Assembly (NCBI GenBank): GCA_002104905.1
Contig: MCFE01000035.1
Span: forward strand, 141,624-205,623
From: Basidiobolus meristosporus CBS 931.73
Lineage: Eukaryota; Fungi; Basidiobolomycota
Length of the DNA: 64,000 bases
Reading direction: 5' to 3'
A program made the position numbers and the translations under genes. This document shows, in pieces, positions 13,390 through 25,927 of this stretch. The notes under the pieces are model-generated. The model was not told the DNA's origin and did no database searches. It was given only the letters and a program-made list of their open reading frames with translations. How positions within the stretch are numbered: the stretch's first letter is position 1; the number at the start of each line of letters is the position of its first letter.

Positions 13390-14673
13390 TAAACAAGCCT
13401 GTGAGAAAATGTGTGTGCATAAATTCCTCTAATTTTCAATGGCAATAATTGTATTATGGTATGCGATCGGGCCAGCATCTCAATATAATTGGGTTTGGGA
13501 GGGTTTTAGAAGGCTCTTATTACTATAGGTGATTGATATGGTATCTACTTTGGTGTATAAAGCATGATTCCGGAATGAATATGAATACCCAGGAATCCAT
13601 ATCATGTCAAATACTATTCTCGGATACTTTTACGGCAACAGTGTCCAAAGTGCTGCTCATACAAACTACATGAAGCACGAAAAATTTTAAAGCCAATATG
13701 CAACCTTTACATTACATCGAGTCCATCCCAATTAGTAGTTGAGCTATCCCTAAAGCCTAAAGCTTAAGTGTCATATAATTGCAATTAGAGCAATAAATCA
13801 ATCATCATGGGAGACATCTAGAATAAACCTCAGCAGAGTCTGTACATATATCAGCAATTATCTTTGTCAGTAACAGGTTACAAAATGCAATCATTCTAAG
13901 ATTATGCACAAGGCAAGTGTAGTTGAAGCTTGGTGGCGACTTAGTGACAATAAAGTGCAGTATACACTTTAGATTGATGTCGAAATAATGTATTTATTCT
14001 TCAGGTAAAGCTTTGTAAACTGAATGATAGAATATGCGGATGAAGGTCATGAGAAGATATGTAAAAAATCCTTGAACAAATCAACAATATCAATGCCATA
14101 GTTCCAGAAACATGTACAAGATGGACTGTTGCCTATGCTCATTCCCCTGGCCAGAACTTTTCAATCACCCCGAAGTTAGCAGCAGTGGATATCTACTGAG
14201 ACTGTAGCCCCACTTTAAATACTGTGCAAGCCCAGCACCTTGGGAACCATGCTAAGGTAGACAATTACAGTATTTATTTTTCTTCTTCAGAGAGAATTTA
14301 CACTACAGATTTTGAAGTTATCATGGAGCTTATCACACCTGTGTCAAAACACTACTCCCTATATATCTCAAGGCACACTGAGATTTCGGATAACTGAGGT
14401 CTGGAAACTGTGAGTGGTTTGAAGCATTCTGAGAAAATCTATGATCACTTGATTGATAGGCTGCTATTTTCATTTCTTGCAGAGATATAAATGTTTGATG
14501 GATTCGAAGCATTAGCATATGTTTCTTTATGTGAAGAGCCAGCTGTTAACAGAAGCTTGAATACTCCATTCTTTCTATACTCTTATAGAAATCTACAATG
14601 GAAAAGGTAAGCATATGGTGTGAATACAGCTAAAACCATAGCCTCTAAAATCCCTCTATTCAAAAATGAGCTA

Positions 14674-14970
14674 TATTGCAGAGGATATTATGTAATACAA
14701 ACTCTTAGTCATAGTTCACATATATCAAATGAGAATCCACTATGATAAGTGGTATTTATACTTCTACATTGTCTTGGCAAAGTAAGCTTATAGAATACAT
14801 ATAGGAATATTCCTGGAACGTGTTTGCGAAGTTTGAAGTCTTTTAGACAAGTGATCAAATTTTCATGTTTTGGGTACCTGATATCTCGGTGAGATATTAT
14901 ACTTCGTACACTAGGATCTAAGTGATAAAGTTCATATTTAGTATATAGGGGTAAACACAAATTTACAACA
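14674..14970 (-). mobile_element. Diverged LTR of the same family, inverted
   Basis: The reverse complement starts TGTTGTAAAT at 14970 and shares core blocks (GTACCCAAAACATGAAAA, TCACTTAGATCC, TTGCCAAGAC, TATAAATACCAC). No matching TSD. Confidence 0.7.
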
Positions 14971-17258
14971 CCCGTAAGAGGTGTGAAAAGGCCGAAGGAC
15001 CATATAAAAAGATAGCAAAGAGAGCAGCAATCATTGGATTTTCACTTGGGAATAATAGGCCGTGCACTGGCACATGCATCACTAGGACGGATCCAGCTAT
15101 ATCACTAGCAATATACAATGATTGGGAACTCTATATGGATCTTTACATATCCATATTCTGTTTCTCGTAATATATTAGATGTACACAACTATGTAGCCAG
15201 TCGAAATCAATACATGATATAGATTTTCTACTTTATTGTGATCTACAAGTCCACTCTGAAAGCAAGTTTCTAATCTGAAAGACATCAGCCCCAATAACTT
15301 TGGTAGCTGATATGTAGTCATGTTGATAATAACTGTTAATATCTAGATCGTAGTCTGGATCCCAAACAATTCACCACTACTAGTTTGACTTGGAAAATAC
15401 CAAGTCGAGTAAGTATTGCTGCAAGCACCTCACAAACAAATCGGCACTATCAAATATCTACACAGCTGAGAAACCGTTTTGGAAGGAAACCAGTATCTCA
15501 CACAGACTTGACATTCATCGGTGGTTGTCGGTACATTTCCAAAGTGCTAGTGCCCTTCGGTCAAATCCAGGAATTTCAATAGGGATCCTCAGGAATGAAT
15601 AGGGAAATATCATGCTTATTGCTATATCCCAACTTCCATATAAATAGAATCTCGCCCAGGTCATCACTAAAACCTTCCTCTATTTCCCAATTATTAGTAT
15701 CACAACGAGCACTTAGTTTCAGTCTCGTAAAGTCACATAAATTGTAATCAGTTGCCATTCAAGTTCGCGAAATTAAAGTGAATACATGTTGAATATGACT
15801 AGAATGAATACCTAAAGAGTCCTGATATTAATGGCGGTTGCAACACAGCGAAATATTCAATGGCCTAAAAAGAGAGAAACTACCGCCAAGATGCAATTGT
15901 AAGCGAAGAATCACAGCTGCGCAGTGTACATTAGACCCTGATGATAATATCAAGGATCAGTGGTCTTATCTGGTAAGGGTAATGGGGCTCAGATGAGATT
16001 TAGGGTGCAGATTCAGTGATGCTTTATACAACCGAAATCAACGCACTGATTTTCACGCAAACATTTCTCCGTCATACGAACGATGGATTACCTTTGCTTG
16101 GTTGTGGATAATGATTATTTATGGCTCCACAAGTGAGCCTGATTACCTATTCCAAATTGATCAGTTGTTGTGGAGAACTCATTCGACTCAAATGTTCGAC
16201 ACGTCATTTCATGAGCATGCAGGGTACTCCACAAAGCATATAGAGTGGCTATATAAATCCAAGCGCCACCGTGTTACCAGTAACAACCATACCTGACCAT
16301 AGTTTAGATGCTTTACGATATTTTTGTTTTGCCTCCTATAGGACCAATAAACTCTTCTAGTTAAATTTTGGTAGTATGAAACATTCTAGGTATGTATCGC
16401 CTCGATAGCTTCAAGTGAAGACGTCTTATTTTTAGTAATTGTTGGTGATGGTATTAATGATCTGAGCGATATAGGAAAGTTTTTCTGATCGTGAGCTTGC
16501 TCCCAGTCACTCATCCCACTAAATAAGGTACACTACCATACTAAATAGTCAGATTGAATAGACTATCAACTATTCCAAAGTATATGTCAGCGTATATTTG
16601 ATATGAAAGCCTACTCTCTTCCAGTGAGCACCTGTGGCGTGAATTCTGTCCAAAAAGCACTCATTCAGTACCGTAGCGGATATCATAAAACTCGAATTGC
16701 TCTCGGATTTAACAAGAATCTCTTCTGATCATATAATTCGAAGAAAAGGCTAGTTGGTCTTCTGTTAGCTATCGTTCAAGGTGAGATCCTCAAGTGTTTA
16801 TACAAATGCACACTAGAATCAAAATTTAACCGGATTAGTTCTCCATATAGTTCTTTCCAGGTAGAAGTAGGTATAGAAAGTATGAAAATATCCAATCTTG
16901 TCTGCAAAGATACAAATTCGATTAACTCAGACCAGCAAAGGTAAGGGTTTGTATTTCAACTCTCACTGCAGCCACTCTAACTTTGTTCATCAACCATTCT
17001 TTTACATGTAGCAGTACTATAACCAGCAGTAAACTTGAGAATCTTAGATCAGAAGTCAGAAATATGAAAAATCTGCATACTGGAGACTTCCCATATAGTG
17101 AGCTTCAAAATTCCATAGATCCTAGGTAAAGTTATCAAGTAGAAATGGATTTCCCTTGCAATATCCCTATCATAAAACCATCCTCAACTCAATAGAAGGT
17201 GAGGGCTATTAAGATCTTTTCATTTGCTAATTTTCATTTTGATAAACCAGTGGCCCAG

Positions 17259-18661
17259 CTCCCTCCATCCAGAAAGCCTCTCCAGTGTTAAGCACACCTA
17301 TAGTAGAGCAACGTGGTGTTTTGTACCTAGAAGAAAGCAACTTATGGAAGCAATTCAACTCCATCGTCAATGAAATGATTATAACAAAAACTGGACGATG
17401 CCTTTTTCCTTCCCTTAAGTTTAAAGCAGCTGACATGGATCCATATGCACTTTACAAAATCGAGTTAGACTTTGAACAGATTTCTCCAGAGAGATATAAG
17501 TTCCGTAATGATGAATGGGTGGTAGTCAACAATGATCTTTCAAAGAGCCAGTCACAACCTTATTCCATGAGTGAAAAGAAGGGATCCAGTTTAGAATGCT
17601 ATACTACAAGAGAATATACTCATCCAGACTCCCCTCAATCAGGTAGGTCGTTGTAGATATATTGCACACTCGACGCTAGGTGATGGGCTAAAACGCTTGG
17701 ACAACTAGGAGCGTACTGGATCAAGAATGGGATTTCATTTACAAAAGTGAAATTGACCAACAGACTTGAGAGCTCTATGGACAACAAAGTATTGAATAAT
17801 AACTCTTTTATGGACTACCGCAGAAGCGCTTTTGACCCAGAGTTTGCGCTTCCAGATGGGTATTTCCCCCTGAAAACCTTTCATAAATACCAGCCGCGAG
17901 TGCACCTTATTAAACTTAATGAGGGAATTCAACCAGTGAGGACCTTTGCATTCGAAGAAGCAGCTTTTATTGCGGTTACTCATTATCAGAATAATGCAGT
18001 TAATCAACTAAAAAAGCAATATAATCCACATGCTAAGGGGTTTCGAGTGATTGAAGACGAAGACGCAAAGATATTCTCGGCGCGTTCACGGTCTTTGAAG
18101 CGTTCAATAGATTCCGAAGAAGCAAAAATACCTAAAAGATATATAGCACTTTCCACTTATGAAAAGTCTGAAGTTGAAGTGAACAATCAAAAGGTGCCCT
18201 CTGAACTGACAGTGGAATCTGAAAAGAAGCTTACCATTAAAGCTGATACGTACGGTTTAACGCCGTTCGATAAAGTGGCTTCAGTTATTCAGCTTCCACC
18301 ACCAACACCCACTATCACACTGTCAGCCACGCCATCAACTCTCTTCTCCCCACAGCAATATGAAAAGGCTGTTTTATCCAGCAGCTTTAGCAGCTATTGT
18401 ATTGCAAAGGCCCCGGCTACTTCGTACTCGAGCTATGCGCCCTCTAAGCAACATGACCTACCTTCCATTTCATCACACCAAAAAAGCAAAAACTCCGAAA
18501 CTCTAGGCTCCATTGTTCAATTGCCTCCCTTAGGAACGTCATATGAGGATCCTATCCTTTTAACCAGCAAGGTATCCTCTGCCGCAACATCTTTGTTACT
18601 GTTGAGTGATCGCCCACTTCATTTCAGGGAGACACGCAAAACACAAGGGTTTACAAACTAA
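17259..18661 (+). CDS. T-box transcription factor (Brachyury-like); 5' end uncertain
   Basis: LEESNLWKQF...NEMIITKTGRCLFP...YKFRNDEW...HPDSPQS, intron 17643..17708, then GAYWIKNGISFTKVKLTNR...HKYQPRVHL...FAFEEAAFIAVTHYQNNAVNQLKKQYNPHAKGF. This covers the T-box signature end to end, followed by an S/P/T-rich tail. Confidence 0.95.
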
Positions 18662-19106
18662 GTCAGAAGAACCCCGAGTGCCGAATTTCACCTTTACAAC
18701 TTGCGACCGAATGCAATTCAGTGGCCATCTTATATGCTCAAACGCTTGCATACTCTTTTAGTGATTCTAGGATATATTAGCGGGTTTATGTTATATGAAT
18801 GTAGACAACAGAACCATTTTTGTTCATCTATAAAATGCATAGAGGGTTTAGTTTCCTTTTCTGTTTAACAATTAAGCAAACATTCAGCAAAATTCAATAA
18901 TAAAGAGATCAGTTTGGTGTGTTTAAATGAATCCAAACTTGTCGAAGAATACACAATGCAAATATCCTAATCTGTATTGGGTACATAATGGTGAAGTCAT
19001 GGACCGTAAAATAGAATGTATCAATTATGACGTCACGATCTATGACTATGCCACACTCTTTAATAAGTTGGTCAAGTGTTTGTCCACTTGGAAACAATTC
19101 TCTACC

Positions 19107-19952
19107 ATGAGTACCTCACTTACAGAACCTGAAAGTCACAAGCTGCGGGCCCGAGAAAAAAAGGTATTTGCCGACCAGAATATACAACAAGACCTGGCGA
19201 ATGCCTCCTCGTTGAGTCAAGGGCCAAGTAACTTCAGCTTTCAGCCATTTCAACCCATCGCCATGTTGTACATTGGAACTGCTGTACTGGGAAGTTTGGT
19301 GCAATACATTCATCCTGCCCATGAGTCCTATTTTTCCGACAAAAGGAATCTATTCAACACCGCGTTTGTCAAGTATGGTTGGGGTTGGACGTCCATACTA
19401 TATCTTCCATTTGTGACCATAGCTTTTGCCCGACTCGATATCAAGAAAGCCGCACCTTTCTGGTTTCGCTGGCTACTGGCTACATTGTATTGGTATTTCA
19501 TTACGCAAAACTTCGTGGGTCCTTCTATCACCGACCGTTTCTTCACTTGGTCTGGGGGTGCTTGCAGTATTGATGACGTACACGACTCTTTCACATGCAA
19601 AGTGAACGGAGGAAAATGGTCAGGAGGTCATGATATGTCAGGCCACTGCATGTTGCTAATACATGCATCCCTGTTTTTGTGGGAAGAGCTAAGAATCGGT
19701 TGGTTCAATACTAGACTGAATACTCGAATCAAAGAGCAGCTGTCGTCCAGATTACTCGGGATCGGGTTGATCGCCCTGTGGTTCCTTTGGTGGTGGATGT
19801 TACTGATGACCAATGTATATTTCCATACTATTAGAGAGAAGGTTAGCGGGGTGCTATTCGGATACTTTTATTGGATTGTGAGCTATGGGTTCGTCTTGCC
19901 ATTAACACCGTTCCCCGGAGTCCCAGCCCAGAACCTTCAAAGCTCTCTATAA
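19107..19952 (+). CDS. SCS3: FIT / Scs3 family ER membrane protein (acyl-CoA diphosphatase)
   Basis: KRNLFNTAFVKYGWGW, GGHDMSGHCMLL and TNVYFHTIREKVSG motifs; multiple TM helices. First ATG in the conserved frame taken as 19107. Confidence 0.9.
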   Translation: MSTSLTEPESHKLRAREKKVFADQNIQQDLANASSLSQGPSNFSFQPFQPIAMLYIGTAVLGSLVQYIHPAHESYFSDKRNLFNTAFVKYGWGWTSILYLPFVTIAFARLDIKKAAPFWFRWLLATLYWYFITQNFVGPSITDRFFTWSGGACSIDDVHDSFTCKVNGGKWSGGHDMSGHCMLLIHASLFLWEELRIGWFNTRLNTRIKEQLSSRLLGIGLIALWFLWWWMLLMTNVYFHTIREKVSGVLFGYFYWIVSYGFVLPLTPFPGVPAQNLQSSL

Positions 19953-21039
19953 TGATGTAATGGGGAGTAGAGTTAGCTGCTGCGTGAGTGCTTATCACTT
20001 TATCTGTATGCTGTATCATACTCAATAAAGCTTTTCCGGAGTCCAGAAGACAAGTGGATTAGAATTAAAGATCCAAGAATTCGAGGCTATGCTCAAATGG
20101 GGGATGGAAGCAGTGTTATAATCACAAATGTTTCCAAGTATCAAATATGATTAGGTAAAGAATGACATTAGCTTCAAGGCTAGCTGGTAAGACTACTGCA
20201 TTTACAAGGAGCAGATATCTCTGCGCAACATCAAATCTCACCGTTGCACGATGGAGGGACAACCTCTCGTAGAACAGAAGTGAGGATGAAAGCAGTGTTT
20301 TGCCTATATTGCCAGGTTATCCCGAACTAGTGTCCTTTCCTTGCTACGAAGTTGCTGCTGTGAATGGAGAGAGGTTTATAAAGTGTGGTGGGTTGTTCAA
20401 GTGATGAGAAGTTATGCTGTTTTCTGGACTAAGAGGTTCTCTGTTTTTCCTGACTACGAGCCTTTTTGCTCAGTTATTTCTTCATCTCTACTCGAATTTT
20501 TTAACAGTCTTCTAAAGGACGTCGGTTGATTCGATAAGCATCTTTCGGACACTAAGAGCAGAAAGGTAGAGAACATGGCAACTCTACAGAAGAAGGGGCT
20601 CAGGTTATATTAAATAGGAAAGTCATTCTACACATAGGATGTAACTGTGTCCAGGTAACAAGGTGGAGTAAAATAAGGATATGATGAGACACGCCTACAT
20701 GTCTCTACTCAACACTCAAATCTCATCATTTCTCGAAGAACTCCCAACCATTTAGACGTTCATTATAGTCAAGTGGTGATTGAATTCCAGAGGCATCTAA
20801 CAAACAGTCACCGAGCTTAATACAGTAAATAAACCTGGATTTAATCAAGTGGATTGATAAACAACCAACGCCAAAGCCAGGTGACTGATTGGTTGCCGAT
20901 GAGGTACCAATTTCAGTCACGCCTACCAAATTGTTTATCCAACAGGGATTTATTATTTTATTCCATCTGAGTAAACATCAATCTGTCCGTTTCATAGATC
21001 CCATTCCTTCACGGAAGCAAAAAAAGCCCACCACCTTGG

Positions 21040-24000
21040 GTGCAGGAATATAGCACAACAGAGAGTCAGTCCCTCCCCACCACCACGCACATGGCTGATC
21101 GCCGTCGTTTCTCTTTGAGTTCACCATTAGTAGAGTCCAGTGTGGCTCAGATTCAGGATACTCCCAATTTATTCCACTGTTCAGGTGTGGTAGAGAGGAC
21201 ACAATCCGAAAGAGCTGGTGTTGGTCTGTTCCAATGCCAGCGTATATCGGTCACCCCAAGCTCCATAGATGACCTGAGTTTGGATAGTTTGGACGCGTCG
21301 GAAATCGAATGTTCTATGAAGCCCTTTCCACCCAAACAATTCCCAAAGTTGACCTTGAGCTCGTTTCGTGAAAAAGAGGGAACAGCGGAAGTAAAGAAAC
21401 TGGTGAATTCCTCTCAAAACAAAGGTGGACTGCTGGCACCACTGCTTTCCTTGGAACGAATCACACTAACCCACACCCTATTTGCTTGACAGTCTCTTTC
21501 TCTACGAACACAAGACACCTGACGGGGCAATCGTTTTTGATTGATACCTTTTCTTCCGAAGACAACGACACTATCGAGCCAACCTGCCTTCCCTACAAAC
21601 GAGCGCTATTAACCTCACCAGATAGTGCGTTGTCAGGGTCAGCAAGGCTCAGTGAAACTCAAAATGGTAAACCATCTTCCTCTACCCAACTTCTGCCGTA
21701 GCCCACTCCTTTCTAAAGCTTTGCCTTACTTTGGGCCGCAGTGTCCCAAGCGATGAAAATGGAGGATGGCTCATTTGAGTGTATATCCGACACCATGTCT
21801 GATCAATCGATCGTTCACTCCACTCCCAAAAACTCCAGCTTGGAGCTCATCCCCGATTCTCACTCGGGACACAAAGGGAATTCTAAATTCGAAAGAAACC
21901 AGGAGATGTCCCCTCTCTCGTCAAGAGCGCCATACACCCCTCGTAGCCAAGACAGGGTCATTGTGTCTGAGACACCCGAGTCGGAATCTTCCCCATGTCC
22001 AAACAAATCGTCCGCCTCATCAGATCTGATTTATTCTAATACGATCGTTGCTTCACCAACCATCGCTGTATCTAAAGCTGAAAGAAATGGTTATGACGAA
22101 ATGGAAAAAGCGCTACCTAGAGAAAGCTTCCTCCCGAACAAGATTAAGCTACGAGGGACGAGGCAAGAAATCATCGACCCAAGTGTCAGCCCGAGTCACA
22201 TCCAACCGAGCACTTCTCACAAGAAATCCAATTTCAGCGTTGGTCCTACGGTCATCTCACAGACCCCCTCTCGGCTTTTGCGTAAACTGTACCGTAGAAG
22301 TGGAGGAAAAGATATGTTGCAAAATCGACTGAAAAGCCGCCTTAAGGCCCCTACATTGATCGGGAAGCGCTCCCTCAGGAATCTACCAAGCGGCACCCAT
22401 GCAGAAAAGCCCAGTCATTCACCTTCTGTACCCCAGAGCATCGCTCCACCCAAGACTTTGGAGGTTGTGCATCTGCCAGCAAATCCCCCCGACAAATCAG
22501 TTAACGCCCTTTCAGAACAGAATGAAGAGTTCCAAGAGCCTTCTCTTTCGGATAAACCTTGGATCGATTCAAGCAGTTTTCGGAAGCCTGGACGGCCCAG
22601 CCCTCCCAAACAAGAAGGAAACAACGAGCCAATGGACAAAGAGGACGCAATGCAGTTTCAAGTCGAGCTTCAGTACACATTTTCCCAGGACCATGATACA
22701 TCGGTCTCAGAGCTGGCTGAAGACTTGGATCGGTATCAAGCAGTGAGTGCCGGCAATGTGAGTTCCGGAGGCGTCACACCCCAGCCGAAGGCCAGCTCGC
22801 AACAGGTAAAAAGGGAGTGTGTGCCACTTGAATCGAAATTCCTTTTCAACAGCCAACCACATGCTAAATCGAGCGAATCCTCATCGCTCGAGAACGCAAT
22901 AGTCCACCGAAAATCCCCTCCCTCCGCCTCCGCCTCCGCCTCCACCCTCAAACTCACCGAGATTCCTATTCCGATTCTTCCAAGTCAGTCGGGGAGCTTC
23001 GATTCCGGTCAAGCCAGTTCTGTCAGTAAGCTTGAGGGCAACCTCTTGAAACGAGGAAAGTCGAGATCCAAAATCTCCGCAAATCCCAAACTGCCTCCAA
23101 GCGAAAAAGAATGCTCACCGCATGCTTCATTCGAGTCCTCATTCAACACGCCAACTGGCCATACGATTGATTTCATTCCGCCCTGTCCATCGTCAATAAA
23201 TCCTTCACAGAAGGCCAAGGAGCTAAACCCGCTAGATACCTCACATCCAGCCATTCCTTCAGCATCTAGCCAGCCTGTTCCTTCGCAGTCCGAGAATCCC
23301 TCATCCCCTACCCCTGAGGATAGTTCATCTAGAAAGTGCTCGACCGAATCTTCTTTTGACCATGATACCTCTTCTGCCTCATGGTTAGCCACAGCAGAGC
23401 CCTTAGGAAACTTGCCTGGAAGTGCCAAATCTAACCCGCCTCAATCGAAGCCGGGAAATAACGTTAAGGGCAAACATACCACCATATCTGCCGATATAGT
23501 GTATAGTAGTCAGAATTCCCAAGGTAGCCCGCTGGTCAGTAAAGTCCAGGATTCAGAGCAGCGTGACTGTTTTGCGAGACCGCAGTCGCCATCGAGAAGT
23601 ACCCCAAAGGCTCCACATGCGGTTCGGCCGAAAGAGGTCGTCCCAGATTCCTGTGATATCGTTGGCGACGAGACGTTGAGAATGCTTCCTTCACTAAATC
23701 CGGCATCGAGAAAGAGCTCCGTTAAAAGATGTAGAGAAGATGAAGAGGGTCCAGCGAGACCCTCGAAGCGAGGAAAGCCCGAAGATCCCGAGAAAATTCC
23801 CACGTGTGATGAATCGGTTGCGGCTCATGACGAAGATGAATGTTCGGTGGAGAGCAATCACGCCACCCGTGGCCCCTGCTCCATCACCGCTCGAATCACC
23901 TCTAGAGGCTCAGCCCTTATCACGCCCTCACCAACCCAAATCCCAAAGGCTGACACCAACATTGTCACCGAGGTTGCGGGTACCCAATTTCTCGCCACAC

Positions 24001-25763
24001 CACCATCATCAACACCCGCCGCCGTAAAGCTCGATGGACCTGCGAGTTGTTTGGAGCCTCCTACCCCTCATGGCCAGCCATCCAAGGAATCATATTCACG
24101 TAAGTGTACCATCAAAAGCAGAGACAGCCTACCAGAGTCATCATGTAGCGATAGTCGCCAGCCAACTACTGAGAAGGACAAAAGAGTAGGCAGAAGGGCG
24201 AAGAGCAAGGATGCCTCGTTCGAGAGGTTCTCTTCATCTTCTTCATCAGAAGATCCTCAGTTGCCGGCAAGCTATCAGGCCGATGAGCGAGTTTGGGCGA
24301 AATGGGAAGGGGACTCGCATTATTATTCGGCTACAGTCGTGGCGGCGGAGGCCACTGCGAGATACAAGGTGAAATTCGACGATGGTGATGAAGGGAGCTG
24401 CGAAATATCCTGCTTGCGCCCCTTGCTCTTGCTGAAGAACACCACGATCTTCGCGGTGAAGACGAAGCGACACATGTTCGAGGCGAGAGTGATATCTTCA
24501 AAGCCCAAAGAACACTACGAGATCGAATTTGTGGATTCCTCGCACGAGAGGCGGATTGTCCAGTCCAAAGAGATTATCCTGGATGAGCATATGCTCGCAT
24601 GTCTGGACCAAAAGGTAGATCGTTGGGAGGAGCATCGCGTTCTCCTGTGCAAACAACCCACCGAAAATGTAAATTCCTACGTCAGTGAGGACAAGCAGGG
24701 GGTCAAAGAAGGTAAGGCAAGATCGAGCTGGCTCGAGTCCAACATGGAATCTAACCTTGTGTTTAGAGCTTTTCAAGGGGCTTGGCTTCTTGATCACCAA
24801 CATACGGACCAACAACAGCGAGGAGAGGAAATGCGGCGGTGAAGAAAGCATTGAAGGTAACTGGTGAACCCAGCTTCTAGATAAATGGTCTCCTGCTTAC
24901 TCAAGTGCTGATGATAGGGAAATTTGTGGACGACTTCGAGAGAAGCAAAATCTCGGTGCTGATTAAGAAGCACGGAGGTGTCATCATCTCGGACTTTTCC
25001 GACGTCTACAGCGGCCGCGACAGGAATCCCAACCCCAAAGTTGCGGGGGATGTCAAGAAAGTATTTGTGATCGCCAGCAGCTCTAAACGGACCAAGAAGT
25101 ATCTTATGGCACTTGCCCTGGGGGTTCCCCGGGTCTCGAGTGTTTGGGTTGCCGAGTGCGCTAGACAGGTATGTAGCATGGAAGCCGTACCAAAGGGAAA
25201 ACAATTGACCGATTCATGGAAACATCCCAAACGCAGAACAAGCTACTAAACCACCAAGGATATCAGCTTTGTAACGGCTGGTCAAGGGAATTGAACGCCT
25301 TTGCGTCAAGTATATCCTCCGATCAAAACGACGGGCTGTTTAACCAAATGACCATGTACATCAACGGGAGCAACACATTCAGGGTAGGTATCGCTCAAGC
25401 AGGTGTTGGTGTGCTGCATGCTAACGATTCCAATGGGCCATCCATCAGTCCGACTGGGAGTCTACTCTTGAGGCCGGCGGGGCGTCGATCTTGACCAAAA
25501 AGACCCTCACGAACCCTTCGGTCAACCTGGCGAAACCGATCCTATGCGATTATGTGATCAGCGAAAAGGCCCCTACCAGCAAATTCCTCGAGACGGTAAG
25601 ACGTCGTCTGCGATGCGCAAACTACTTGAATTCCCCTGATGACGAGCAAGACATCTATCCCAAATTGGTCACCGCCGAATGGGCTGTGCAATGTCTGGTC
25701 AACCAGCGCTTGACTGGTTGGAATCGACACGAAGCCTACACGAAATGGGACCACCCGAAATGA
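21040..25763 (+). CDS. DNA-damage checkpoint adaptor Crb2/Rad9/53BP1-like (S/P-rich N-terminus, tandem Tudor, tandem BRCT); multi-exon
   Basis: Tudor-like VWAKWEGDSHYYSATV...YKVKFDDG. BRCT1 LFKGLGFLIT...IKKHGGVII...RTKKYLMALALGVPRVSSVWVAEC. BRCT2 ending LVTAEWAVQCLV; stop at 25761-25763. Confidence 0.8.
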
Positions 25764-25927
25764 TCCCGGGGGCCAAGGCGATGGAGGAGGGAATGGGTGC
25801 AGGCAAACTCTAGTAAATATTTCGGAACCTGGTGTAAATAGAATGATTCATCTGGATGGAATAAATGGCAGATTTATTTTTATTGCATGTATGGAGGTGG
25901 TTCTATACGGAGAGGGTCCGTGGTTGT

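Noticed and set aside
13133-13432. Similar short ORFs at 13133..13432, 14709..14960, 51303..51683 and 53987..54199 that look like a small protein family
   Set aside because: All are translations of the non-coding LTR.
13900-14600. Possible hAT transposase remnant (PETCTRWTVAY resembling TRWNSTY)
   Set aside because: A single weak motif among many stops, with no terminal inverted repeats found.
18927-19106. N-terminal extension of the FIT/SCS3 ORF from a TTG start
   Set aside because: AT-rich, no family similarity and non-ATG start; ATG 19107 is more plausible.
22921-22944. (GCCTCC)n microsatellite
   Set aside because: Encodes an ordinary Ala-Ser run in the low-complexity region of the Crb2-like protein.
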